Shown here: piece after piece, positions 28,237 to 36,973 of the stretch
Numbering within the stretch: position 1 is the stretch's first letter
How the letters are laid out: each line of letters opens with the position of its first letter
Sequence record: NC_028957.1
From: Escherichia phage vB_EcoM_VR26
Strand: one strand, 5' to 3'
Length of the DNA stretch: 64,000 nt
Notes under the pieces: model-generated
Database searches by the model: none
What the model saw: only the letters and a program-made list of their open reading frames with translations
What the model was told of the DNA's origin: nothing
Program-made: the position numbers and the translations under genes

Positions 28237-30288
28237 CTATGAAAGGAATTTAGGAGGAATACTTTCCAAATTAATACAACTAGCAAGAATACCAAGACCT
28301 TGGTTGACTTTCTTCGTCACCCTGGAGGATGCAAACGATGCGAAGTCAACAGATTCTTCTGGTTCCTCGCCTTTATAAACGACAAGCTCGCCAGTTTCCA
28401 TCAACACATCACCATCATAGATAACTGCATTTTCATCCAGTTGGTCAGTGGTCTGAATGTCAGCTTCCAGCATTTTGACGTTCGCATTTCCTTGATACGA
28501 CGCATCTGTAATCTTTGTAATCTTAACTATAGTTCCACGAGGAAGAATAACTTCCTGCTCGGATGGGTTGCCTGACAATTCACCAGGAACAATTACGTTA
28601 ATTAAGTCCGCTCCAGAAATTTTCCAACCGACATGCATCATTACGTGGTCGCGGCGGGCATCCGGCATATCTGGTAAAACAATTTCGTCATCAGCCTGGA
28701 AAGATGTCCCATCACGATAGTCCTGATGAACTGCGGCCATAGCAACGTTCGCCACCCAGCCACCAAAGATAATCGGTTTAAACGACGTTGATACATAGTT
28801 CCTGAAATAAAATAATTTAGATTTCTTAATTTTATCAAATGTAGGAACGTTTAAATATTGACCACGCCAAAGAGTTGTATTAGGCGGCAACTTATGTCCA
28901 ATTTCAAAGGCCGAATCCAATTCCTTAATTGTTTCGACAACTCTGTCTAGATTTAGGAATTCAGCTTCTTCTTCATAATATTTGCCCATCAAATAATTAT
29001 TAATATCGGCATAGTTTGCTCCACAATAATCTGCAATTGCTTCTCGCTGGCCATAATGGAAACGGTTGTCAGTATACCCTGCTGTGAAATTAAGAGTATT
29101 TTCTGATGCTTCTTCGGCAAAGTCTTTAACTGCAACACGAATGGCGCTTGTGTATTCTTTTTCCCAGAGCGTGGCTGCATAAGTGGCTGCATCCAGGTTA
29201 GGAGGAGCATCATTCATTTTTCTTTCGATAAATGCGGCTTTGCGAAGGTTAAGAATCTCTGCACATGATTCGGCAAAAATCTGCATCTGCTTCATACTAC
29301 CAACTGGAGCACGTTTAAGTTCACGGTGCATACGGTTAAAAATTGGGTCAGTATCTTCAACACGAATTTCTTCTTTCCAAACACCATTTGCTCGCATAGC
29401 CGTATCTGCTGCGCGCATACGTGCCATAGTATTCGTTTCAGAAGGCCGAACAAAAATTTCCAGTTCTTCGGCATCATCAATTAATTCAGCAGTTGCAGGT
29501 CGACTAAACTTAGCAGCTTCTGCATCAATTTCGTCCCAACCTTCTGGCACGGAATCACTTGGTGCGTACTGGGCTTGTGCAATAGCTCGGCGACTGATTT
29601 TAGTTTTCTGGGCAACAGCAGCGTCGGTCTTTTTGTTTGCTGCGTCAATCAGAACTTCGGCTGCGATTTCTTGTTTGGAGACTTGAGCACCTGTATCTTT
29701 ATTGGTGAATACATCGCCAACTTTAGTTTCAACTTTTTGATATTTCTCAGGGACTGGTGGCATACCATCAACCGAAAGCAGGTCAACACCCTTTTTGTAC
29801 ATAATTACATAAGCGTTCTTTTTACCGAGGCCAGAAGCATTCGGAAGAACATGATAACGCCCGCTGGTTTTCATTTGAATCAGTCGATTCATAATACGAA
29901 TAACAGCTTGGTCTTGTCCTTTCATCTTTTTGGATGGGAAACGGAACAAGACTACATCAGGTTTACCTAGTTTAATGCTTTCCCAGACTGTAACAAAAAT
30001 CAGGTTAATCGCGTCAAGAGGTTTTTCACCTAGACCACCCTTCAGAGGAACAGCATGGCCATGTGAAGTCCCGGATAACAGAAATACCTCGGCAATCGCA
30101 TCACCGCGTTTATATTGTTTAACCGTTTCTTTGCCCGTGAATTGCATCAAACGAGCCATAAGAGAATTTGTCCCAGGAACACCGAATTGCCAAACCTGTG
30201 GGACCTTGTATTTTGGGTTCATATTAATGACAGGATAACCGAAGGCTTCGATATATTTGTCAAAGAGTTCATTTAATTGTTCAGACAT
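28237..30288 (-). CDS. alt: Alt ADP-ribosyltransferase (packaged into heads)
   Basis: 683 aa (T4 Alt 682 aa); position between genes 54 and 30; late promoter upstream. Confidence 0.9.
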   Translation of the reverse strand: MSEQLNELFDKYIEAFGYPVINMNPKYKVPQVWQFGVPGTNSLMARLMQFTGKETVKQYKRGDAIAEVFLLSGTSHGHAVPLKGGLGEKPLDAINLIFVTVWESIKLGKPDVVLFRFPSKKMKGQDQAVIRIMNRLIQMKTSGRYHVLPNASGLGKKNAYVIMYKKGVDLLSVDGMPPVPEKYQKVETKVGDVFTNKDTGAQVSKQEIAAEVLIDAANKKTDAAVAQKTKISRRAIAQAQYAPSDSVPEGWDEIDAEAAKFSRPATAELIDDAEELEIFVRPSETNTMARMRAADTAMRANGVWKEEIRVEDTDPIFNRMHRELKRAPVGSMKQMQIFAESCAEILNLRKAAFIERKMNDAPPNLDAATYAATLWEKEYTSAIRVAVKDFAEEASENTLNFTAGYTDNRFHYGQREAIADYCGANYADINNYLMGKYYEEEAEFLNLDRVVETIKELDSAFEIGHKLPPNTTLWRGQYLNVPTFDKIKKSKLFYFRNYVSTSFKPIIFGGWVANVAMAAVHQDYRDGTSFQADDEIVLPDMPDARRDHVMMHVGWKISGADLINVIVPGELSGNPSEQEVILPRGTIVKITKITDASYQGNANVKMLEADIQTTDQLDENAVIYDGDVLMETGELVVYKGEEPEESVDFASFASSRVTKKVNQGLGILASCINLESIPPKFLS

Positions 30289-30313
30289 AATAGGTTCCTT
30301 ATAAAATATGATG

Positions 30314-30321
30314 TATTTATA
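30314..30321 (-). promoter_or_regulatory. Late promoter TATAAATA (minus) for alt
   Basis: Exact motif on minus strand 26 nt upstream of alt ATG. Confidence 0.6.
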
Positions 30322-30324
30322 CTA

Positions 30325-30345
30325 AAAAAGGCCGAAGCCCTTTTG
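30325..30345 (-). terminator. Putative imperfect hairpin terminator after gene 30
   Basis: GGC-cgaa-GCC core with flanking A/T runs. Confidence 0.4.
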
Positions 30346-31878
30346 TTATTTTAACCCCGTCTGTGACCAGTCGCCAAATACTTCTTCGAAAGTATCTGCA
30401 CGGTCTTTATCGAATCTGAACCCTTTGATAATCGGAAGGAACAGTTTAACAGTATTATCTTTACGAGTTTCAGAAGTCAACCAACCATTACATTCACAAT
30501 CAGCAATCATTCCAACTAATTCACCTTTACGAGCCTTAATCATAAGAGCTTCGCGGTCCATTTCATGACGCTCATCAATTGGGATAATAGCCCATTTCTT
30601 AGTCTTCGGGTCTTTGACTTGTGTTGTATCTTTGAAGCCTGACCCACAATTGGTAACAATTTTACCGCAAGAAGATTGAAGCACAACACCACCAATTTTA
30701 TTTGGGTCTTTCTCGTGCTCATAGAATCCGATAATTTCCAAAGCGATGTCAATAACTTCTTTGAACTTGTACATATTCTTAGAACGCTTGTTTTCCCAAG
30801 GAGCTGCAGTGTTTTTAAGAATAATACCTTCGAGCTTTAAAGCAATATATTTCTTATAGATGGCTTTGGCTTCTTCGAGGTTATTAACCACGTGGTTTTC
30901 AATCAGAATCATGCGGTCGTAGCCATGAAGCACCACGTTATCTGCAATCATCTTCTCTAATACCGCGAACCGCACATCATATTTCAGAGGGTTAAGAATT
31001 TTAACATCTGAATACACTTCAATCAACGGAACATAATCCCAGACCTGGAATTTCATGCCAGCTGCTTCAGTCGCAGTGATAGTTCCTTTTAATGATTTGT
31101 TCGCTAGACCGTTTGACTTAGTACGAGATTCCGCAGATTCAATTTGAGTCTCGGCTTGCTCTGTATCGCCAAAAAGGAAGGCCAAACCGTCATTCTGGGG
31201 AGCTACTTTCTGTTCATGGTATACTAACTCGCCATCAATTAAAACGCCCTCAGGATGTCTCTCACGCGCTTCACGGGTGGCTTCAATCAGTTCCTTTTTA
31301 AGGAGGTCAAGCTTGAGGTATTCGTTACCGGCACGGGATAACAATCGAACATCATCCAACTCATCACCACGAACTTCTGCAAAACACCTGGCACCATCGG
31401 CTTTCAATTGTGCAAAGGCCGGGAACTTAATGTTTTTAGCAATACCTGCTTCATCATAAGAAGAAGCAAGCATCTGTGGCTGTTCAGGAATTAAACCTTT
31501 CCAAACTTTATTCGCAATCGATACGGATGCCCCACATTCCAGGTCACGCATCATCACACGGCGCAGGACTTCAACATCTGCTTTTTTACCATCAGCAATA
31601 TAACCCGATAATTCCTCGATTGCAGCATTACCTGTTAATTTACGAGGGGCTAATGTAAATTCGATAAAGTCAAGCATATCACTTATATTCAGCATACCAA
31701 AGCTTTGAGTCGTTGTCCCAGGTTTTGGCCATTTCTTGATATAGAACTGAATGCCTTTGGAATATGTCAAACGATACACACGTTTAAGCGTTTCATTTTC
31801 AGAATACGATTCCAGGATAGCTTGTTTCTCTTTCGTAGAATCGGTTGCAGCAATTTCATTTAAAATATCTAAAATCAT
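30346..31878 (-). CDS. 30: ATP-dependent DNA ligase gp30
   Basis: 510 aa; N-terminus MILDILNEIAATDSTKEKQAILE and adenylation motif KADGAR match remembered T4 DNA ligase. Confidence 0.95.
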   Translation of the reverse strand: MILDILNEIAATDSTKEKQAILESYSENETLKRVYRLTYSKGIQFYIKKWPKPGTTTQSFGMLNISDMLDFIEFTLAPRKLTGNAAIEELSGYIADGKKADVEVLRRVMMRDLECGASVSIANKVWKGLIPEQPQMLASSYDEAGIAKNIKFPAFAQLKADGARCFAEVRGDELDDVRLLSRAGNEYLKLDLLKKELIEATREARERHPEGVLIDGELVYHEQKVAPQNDGLAFLFGDTEQAETQIESAESRTKSNGLANKSLKGTITATEAAGMKFQVWDYVPLIEVYSDVKILNPLKYDVRFAVLEKMIADNVVLHGYDRMILIENHVVNNLEEAKAIYKKYIALKLEGIILKNTAAPWENKRSKNMYKFKEVIDIALEIIGFYEHEKDPNKIGGVVLQSSCGKIVTNCGSGFKDTTQVKDPKTKKWAIIPIDERHEMDREALMIKARKGELVGMIADCECNGWLTSETRKDNTVKLFLPIIKGFRFDKDRADTFEEVFGDWSQTGLK

Positions 31879-31888
31879 TAATCACCTC

Positions 31889-32167
31889 TTAGTCGTTGGC
31901 TCTATTATATGCCACGTCTTCCAAAAGCAAATCCAGACGCTTATGATAAGTGAACACAAATTTCGTGGCACCGTCTGGTTTCATTTTAGTCATGAAGTGA
32001 ACATAAATGAACCCCTGCTCAACACATTCACGCCAAACGGGATTATCTTTAGTCGGATTAATATCAAACGAGTAATCATGATTCACATGACGAATAAACT
32101 GGTTAACATGACCATAATCCATCGTAGTGGTTGGACCACGGTCAGAAATAGTATGAACGACAAACAT
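31889..32167 (-). CDS. Hypothetical protein (30.1 position)
   Basis: 92 aa from internal ATG directly after upstream stop. Confidence 0.5.
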   Translation of the reverse strand: MFVVHTISDRGPTTTMDYGHVNQFIRHVNHDYSFDINPTKDNPVWRECVEQGFIYVHFMTKMKPDGATKFVFTYHKRLDLLLEDVAYNRAND

Positions 32168-32168
32168 A

Positions 32169-32987
32169 TTAACCCCTTCCACCAGTTGGTTGATTGTACC
32201 AGTATTCAATACCAGTACCTACGCGCTGACCATATTGGTATGGATATGCTGGATTATATCCAGGAGTCCATTGTTGACCTGGCTGCCAGCCTTGCTGCAT
32301 TTGTTGTTGAAGACGCCGAGTTTCACGAAACAGTTCTTCCAGTTTATGAAGTTCATCTGGTGTGAATTCTGGTTTGGTCGGTTCATCTTTGTGTTTCAGT
32401 TTAAGCTGTCCGGCAACATCGTCCCAATTAAAAACTTTGGAAGCTGTTTTAGGAATAGCATCACGTTCGCCACGAGCCATCCAATAAACTGGAACTGCAA
32501 GGATTTCACTCGCATGGTCGCAATGGTGAGCAAGGTCATCAATATAACAAATGACATTATATTTGTCTTTTGCCTTCTGGAACAACTCCTCTTTAGAGGC
32601 TGTATGACCACACATCATAACTTCTTTAAACGCACCAGGGAACAAAGCATTCAGGTTGAATTGACGATTCAGACGAGCATCAATGGAATCGCCCAGGGCT
32701 GTAACAGCCACAAAATCATATTGTTCTTTGAGGCTATTAATAACCCTTAACGCATCTGCATAAGGAGACAAATAACGAATAAAATCTGAACAGTTATATT
32801 TCTCAATCAACTGTGCGCCCAACTCTTCATCACAATTGAACAGTTTGCCAGGGGTCACAAATTTTTCATCCTGAATCATCTTAAGGATATGTTCCAGGGG
32901 TAAATTGTATTTTTGGGCGAAATAAGGCAAGCCAGACTGCCATGACAAACATACGCCATCAATGTCTGTTAAAATAACGGGTTTCAT
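32169..32987 (-). CDS. HAD-superfamily hydrolase-like protein with Gln/Tyr/Pro-rich C-terminal tail (30.2 position)
   Basis: 272 aa; N-terminal motif LTDIDGV (DxDG[TV] of HAD enzymes, as in 5-prime(3-prime)-deoxyribonucleotidases); low-complexity tail QQQMQQGWQPGQQWTPGYNPAYPYQYGQ. Confidence 0.55.
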   Translation of the reverse strand: MKPVILTDIDGVCLSWQSGLPYFAQKYNLPLEHILKMIQDEKFVTPGKLFNCDEELGAQLIEKYNCSDFIRYLSPYADALRVINSLKEQYDFVAVTALGDSIDARLNRQFNLNALFPGAFKEVMMCGHTASKEELFQKAKDKYNVICYIDDLAHHCDHASEILAVPVYWMARGERDAIPKTASKVFNWDDVAGQLKLKHKDEPTKPEFTPDELHKLEELFRETRRLQQQMQQGWQPGQQWTPGYNPAYPYQYGQRVGTGIEYWYNQPTGGRG

Positions 32988-33442
32988 AATGCATCTCTCA
33001 ATTGGTTAAGTATGTCAATAAATTCTTGTTCAGTCAATATTGTATCATGAACAGTAAGGTGGCTCGCCATCGAATGCTTTAAAACTTTGCCCTTTGTAGC
33101 TTGTAATGCGTCGCGGAATCCTTTGTTTTGGAGAGCTGCTTCAAAATATGCACTTGTATACAACTCTTTCCATGCTGCAGAGTATCTTGAAAAGGGAATT
33201 CCAAGCCAGAAAAGCGTCCCACGGTCCGCAGCTCTTGCATAAGCTCTTCCAGTTTGTTGTGCGACCAGCCCGGACATCCCAAATATACGTTTTTGTTGTT
33301 CATAATTTCTCACCTTGCACCCTTGGAGGAAGCCTTCAAGACCTCCAAACTGGATACCATCCATAACAAAAGGCCATTTGGCAAAGTTACTTAATGCACA
33401 TGATGGCCACGGGAAATTGCTTCTGATTTCTAACTCAGACAT
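32984..33442 (-). CDS. NADAR/YbiA-like domain protein (30.3 position)
   Basis: 152 aa from ATG; LSNFAKWPFVMDGIQFGGLEGFLQGCK resembles the NADAR SNF...F..DG...S.E..FQ..K signature. Confidence 0.55.
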   Translation of the reverse strand: MSELEIRSNFPWPSCALSNFAKWPFVMDGIQFGGLEGFLQGCKVRNYEQQKRIFGMSGLVAQQTGRAYARAADRGTLFWLGIPFSRYSAAWKELYTSAYFEAALQNKGFRDALQATKGKVLKHSMASHLTVHDTILTEQEFIDILNQLRDAL

Positions 33443-33647
33443 CTTTGACACTTATAATATCGATATCACACCAATGACCATAACCTGGTAGACGGTCTTC
33501 AACAGATAAACCGCTGACATATTTGAGCATCGTTGTTTTCATTATAACAGGTTCAATATCTTGACCGCCTGGGCGAACGTCAGTCACGCGATAAGTCACT
33601 TCAACCATTTCTGTGCCCAAAATTTTCTGAATCAATTTCTTAAACAT
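33435..33647 (-). CDS. Hypothetical protein
   Basis: 70-aa ORF, ATG, GAGGA Shine-Dalgarno. Confidence 0.5.
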   Translation of the reverse strand: MFKKLIQKILGTEMVEVTYRVTDVRPGGQDIEPVIMKTTMLKYVSGLSVEDRLPGYGHWCDIDIISVKDV

Positions 33648-33648
33648 A

Positions 33649-33843
33649 TTATCCTCGCTTTAAACATTTGATTACAGACAATTCTTGCCCCATGCGGACG
33701 TCTTCAGTTCCATCAACCCACAGGACTGCATAGGCTTCTTTAATGGAAATATTACCAAATTTGAAAGCAGGCAGGACCTTGGAAATCATTCCAGGAATAC
33801 CCACACCTTTTAACTGAACAGTTTGTGATAAGAACAATTTCAT
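33649..33843 (-). CDS. Hypothetical protein
   Basis: 64-aa ORF, ATG, coupled to upstream gene. Confidence 0.45.
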   Translation of the reverse strand: MKLFLSQTVQLKGVGIPGMISKVLPAFKFGNISIKEAYAVLWVDGTEDVRMGQELSVIKCLKRG

Positions 33844-34130
33844 TAAAACCTCGTCTGAAAACCGCGCGATTTAACATTCTTGCCATTGATATCAGAGGAA
33901 TTAATTTCACGTGCTGCAATTGGGTCAATATCAATGTCGCGACTAAGCTTGGTGATTGCTAGAGTATCGCGACCATTTACAGTGCGAAATTCTAGTGGAC
34001 AAACTACATCAACATAGTTCTTAATGGAATCGCGTGTTGGTTCACACCCAGCAGGAACATTAGGGCCTTTTTTAGAGAAAACAACTTCACAGAAATTTTT
34101 ACGAGTATCAAAATAAGTGGTCATAAACAT
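33843..34130 (-). CDS. Hypothetical protein
   Basis: 95 aa from internal ATG with GAGGA Shine-Dalgarno; hairpin GGGGC-tttc-GCCCC just upstream. Confidence 0.5.
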   Translation of the reverse strand: MFMTTYFDTRKNFCEVVFSKKGPNVPAGCEPTRDSIKNYVDVVCPLEFRTVNGRDTLAITKLSRDIDIDPIAAREINSSDINGKNVKSRGFQTRF

Positions 34131-34166
34131 AATATTTTCCTCAAGGGGCTTTCGCCCCATTTAAGA

Positions 34167-34532
34167 TTAGATATCAAATTCATTAAGAACTACATCAAAG
34201 ATTGCTTCCAGGTGTGCAGGTTTTGCTTTGTTGCTCAGAATATGGCGAATCCAAGTTTTAACCAGAAGCTTACGATTAACACCATTCCAGCAAGGATGAG
34301 TACCTAAATCACGTTCACGGAAATCATCATCCAGAGCGATTTTAAAGTTGGAACCTTCCATTGTGATTGAAAGAGTGATACCATTTTCAAATCGCATATA
34401 AACATAGTTGGGAGTCATATACTGTTCAATTTCACACACTGAACCATTTTTATGTTTCCATAAACAAATAACTTCAGAAGAACCTGGGATACAGTTGGAA
34501 ACATATTTGCGTTCAAAGTTGATGTAGTTCAT
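34167..34532 (-). CDS. Hypothetical protein
   Basis: 121-aa ORF; leader ctggagaataaaATG identical to neighbouring gene. Confidence 0.55.
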   Translation of the reverse strand: MNYINFERKYVSNCIPGSSEVICLWKHKNGSVCEIEQYMTPNYVYMRFENGITLSITMEGSNFKIALDDDFRERDLGTHPCWNGVNRKLLVKTWIRHILSNKAKPAHLEAIFDVVLNEFDI

Positions 34533-34603
34533 TTTATTCTCCAGTTATTTTCATTTGTTGGTACAGGTTTATAATATCATAACCTGTACCAAAGTAAACT
34601 GTT

Positions 34604-34972
34604 TTATGCGACTTTAATCCAATTATCTAAATTTAATTCACCCTTAGCTTTCATTTTTTCAATCAGAAGGTCTGCAGTGGTGCGACCATTTTGATACCAT
34701 GTAACATCTTCAGAATAACCAGTTTCTTCATCTTCATAGGTCTTACAACGAATCTTACCAAGAATCAAAGTTTTCAGTTCGTAGGTATCACCAGTAAAAA
34801 AGTTTGTTACCAAAATTTTCCAGGAGAAGTCATCAGAAGGACCTTCAGGAGTCATGCAACCAACAAATTCAAACTGTTCTTTATGCAAGTGCCATTGGAG
34901 TTCTTTAGTTTCAATGGCTTTATAACCGTCGTGGTCTTTACCTTTGATGTATGAGTTAAGATTGATTTTCAT
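34604..34972 (-). CDS. Hypothetical protein
   Basis: 122-aa ORF; GGAG Shine-Dalgarno; early-type promoter upstream. Confidence 0.55.
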   Translation of the reverse strand: MKINLNSYIKGKDHDGYKAIETKELQWHLHKEQFEFVGCMTPEGPSDDFSWKILVTNFFTGDTYELKTLILGKIRCKTYEDEETGYSEDVTWYQNGRTTADLLIEKMKAKGELNLDNWIKVA

Positions 34973-35013
34973 TTTATTCTCCAGTGTTTTATTGTGTAAC
35001 TCAGTATGGAATC

Positions 35014-35043
35014 ATTATGCACTGGTCAAACCCTGTTGTAAAC
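35014..35043 (-). promoter_or_regulatory. T4 early-type promoter (GTTTAC-N18-CATAAT)
   Basis: Same conserved cassette as at 9098 and 52018. Confidence 0.55.
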
Positions 35044-35053
35044 CTTTTTATGG

Positions 35054-35082
35054 AAATAAAAAAGGGACTCCGAAGAGTCCCT
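35054..35082 (-). terminator. Rho-independent terminator (AGGGACTC-cgaa-GAGTCCCT then T-run)
   Basis: Perfect 8-bp stem immediately after stop of small basic ORF. Confidence 0.75.
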
Positions 35083-35086
35083 GAAC

Positions 35087-35248
35087 TTATGCTTTCGGCT
35101 TACCAAAGCAAGCTGCATCGGCACGCAATACCGCACGAGCACGAGCCTGAAGTTTATCAGTCACCTGATTGATTCGCTTGTTGGACGCACGCTTGTAACC
35201 AGCGCGTTTGGAGGAGCCATCAACAACTTTAACTTCTTTCTTAGCCAT
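35087..35248 (-). CDS. Small basic protein (53 aa; below ORF-track cutoff; 30.9 position)
   Basis: ATG-to-TAA ORF MAKKEVKVVDGSSKRAGYKRASNKRINQVTDKLQARARAVLRADAACFGKPKA; CGT/GCT-biased codons; followed directly by strong terminator. Confidence 0.45.
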   Translation of the reverse strand: MAKKEVKVVDGSSKRAGYKRASNKRINQVTDKLQARARAVLRADAACFGKPKA

Positions 35249-35646
35249 ATTAAATTCTCTTTAAAATAGAATGCAGGACTTATTGACATTGCCCGCGCAA
35301 GCCCTCGAAGGGAACATTAGGTTTCGGATATTTAACGGCAGGATAACCATAAACCTCGCCATCATACCTTATAGCTCTTATCTGTTGCACACCGTTAGCT
35401 TAAAGGTTCCGGGTTCGATTACTCGAGGATAAGATATATACTGATGGATATATAGGCCTTGAGGCGTACTCCCGATTGGCCATCACCTCGGGGTAGCATG
35501 CACTTGCCGCTATAAAATAACATTCAAGAGGTACACCATAAAACTGCCGAGGTCTTAAAACTATAATGATTCGCAAATCATTAATCAGACAGTTCGATGG
35601 CTCCTCGATTTTCTAGCCGCACTTAAGGTAGCGAATCACCTAAAAC

Positions 35647-35901
35647 TTACTTCAGAGTAACGACAAAATGGCGAACAGCTTTGCGAGCTGCAGATGCCAG
35701 CGGCTTAGCAAATTTCAGTTCATCTTTAGCTTCGAGCACAGCGCGAAGGTCGGTTTGTACCGGGTTAAGATGTTTGAAATACTGCAGAATTTCCAGTGCT
35801 TCGGCTTCAACATCAATAGATGCGCCGTAGTTTTCGTGACCGTTATTCCATGCAGTGCGTTGCAGTTCAAGAGCGTGTTGTAATTGTTTGTTTAAAGACA
35901 T
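35647..35901 (-). CDS. rIII: rIII lysis-inhibition accessory protein
   Basis: 84 aa from internal ATG (MSLNKQLQHALELQ...); sequence matches my recollection of T4 rIII (82 aa), which is not certain; upstream part of the track ORF uses rare codons and contains a late promoter, so is treated as leader. Confidence 0.6.
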   Translation of the reverse strand: MSLNKQLQHALELQRTAWNNGHENYGASIDVEAEALEILQYFKHLNPVQTDLRAVLEAKDELKFAKPLASAARKAVRHFVVTLK

Positions 35902-36041
35902 TTTAGAAGCCTCAATATGAGGTGAATATTTGGTGGACACGTTCTTCTGAATTTCACTTCCTTTCGGCAAGTCTCTCAGTTGTAGTCCACCGTTTAGGAT
36001 TCTCCGGGTAACTAACTGGTCCGGCAGCCAATCCATATTAT

Positions 36042-36049
36042 TATTTATA
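36042..36049 (-). promoter_or_regulatory. Late promoter TATAAATA (minus) upstream of rIII
   Basis: Exact motif on minus strand in the 31-rIII intergenic region. Confidence 0.5.
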
Positions 36050-36058
36050 ACGCTAATT

Positions 36059-36406
36059 TTACTTATAAAGGCAAGGAACAGCTTTATAATGACAGGTCAC
36101 AAATTTCTGCTTAACTTCTTTAGCCTGCTTAAGTCCCAAGGCAACCAGAGGATGTGGAACGTTTGCAATCTTGCCAACCGGAAGAGGAGTCAAATCACCT
36201 ACTTCACAGAAGCCTTCAGGAACATCTGAACCAATCGAAAATACTTCACACATCTCGGGAATTTCACCCTGATGAAGTTTTCCGATAACGATACCTGATG
36301 CCGTAGTTTCTTCGTCACCAGCTTGCTTTGGCTCAGAAACCAAAATAATATATTCACCTACTGCTTTAATTGGTAATTCCATATTTAATCCATGTTGTTT
36401 GGTCAT
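36059..36406 (-). CDS. 31: Co-chaperonin gp31 (GroES analogue)
   Basis: 115 aa; [16 protein letters not shown]...[13 protein letters not shown] near-identical to remembered T4 gp31; alternative start 36382. Confidence 0.88.
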   Translation of the reverse strand: MTKQHGLNMELPIKAVGEYIILVSEPKQAGDEETTASGIVIGKLHQGEIPEMCEVFSIGSDVPEGFCEVGDLTPLPVGKIANVPHPLVALGLKQAKEVKQKFVTCHYKAVPCLYK

Positions 36407-36412
36407 GTATTA

Positions 36413-36438
36413 ATAATAACACGCGTTGTTTGAAGCAT
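36413..36438 (-). promoter_or_regulatory. Middle-type promoter (MotA box ATGCTTCA, 12-nt spacer, TATTAT) upstream of gene 31
   Basis: Minus strand aTGCTTcAaacaacgcgtgtTATTAT. Confidence 0.45.
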
Positions 36439-36737
36439 TAAAGGACGAGCAGAGTCTCGGTCTGTAATCCATTCACAGAAATCAATTTATTGAAACAGAA
36501 TGAACGCCACTCATTAAGCTTGGTATCAAATACCCTGATATAGCTAACCGGTTCTTTACTAGCTTCTGGTCCAGGGGCCTGGATTTCTTTATACGGCAAC
36601 AGGTCCAGGTCGCGAGTACAAGTCATACGACGGATGCTGCCATCTGCTTTTTCAAACAGAACTTCGTGAAAGCCAACAGACAAGATAGTCTTGACTTTTT
36701 CACGGAGGCGAATTGTTTCTTGTTCAGTTAAAATCAT
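36438..36737 (-). CDS. Hypothetical protein (31.1 position)
   Basis: 99-aa ORF, ATG start. Confidence 0.55.
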   Translation of the reverse strand: MILTEQETIRLREKVKTILSVGFHEVLFEKADGSIRRMTCTRDLDLLPYKEIQAPGPEASKEPVSYIRVFDTKLNEWRSFCFNKLISVNGLQTETLLVL

Positions 36738-36739
36738 AA

Positions 36740-36973
36740 TTATTCCAAAACAGTTTTAATGGTGGTTGTACCGCGCGATTTTAAAGCGCTCAACAGGTTT
36801 TTACATTTTTCAAAAACTGGGTCCGTTTTATACTTAATGCTTTCATCAATCCATTCGGATTTATAGTAAGACTTCCAGCGAGAGAAAAAGTTCTTTTTGT
36901 ATTCTACTGAAAAAGCAATTATACCAGTTCCTCTTGAACTAAGCCCGGATATTTTAACCATACGAAATTTCAT
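36740..36973 (-). CDS. Hypothetical protein (31.2 position)
   Basis: 77-aa ORF, ATG overlapping cd stop. Confidence 0.5.
   Translation of the reverse strand: MKFRMVKISGLSSRGTGIIAFSVEYKKNFFSRWKSYYKSEWIDESIKYKTDPVFEKCKNLLSALKSRGTTTIKTVLE

Noticed and set aside
35400-35430. Possible tRNA suggested by GGGTTCGATT (T-loop-like) sequence
   Set aside because: Flanking bases cannot form a T-stem and no acceptor or anticodon arms could be built by eye; left as part of the unexplained non-coding region
35902-36036. N-terminal extension of rIII (track ORF 129 aa)
   Set aside because: Extension uses rare codons (CGG, AGA, CTA), has no Shine-Dalgarno and contains a late promoter motif; the internal ATG gives a T4-like 84-aa product
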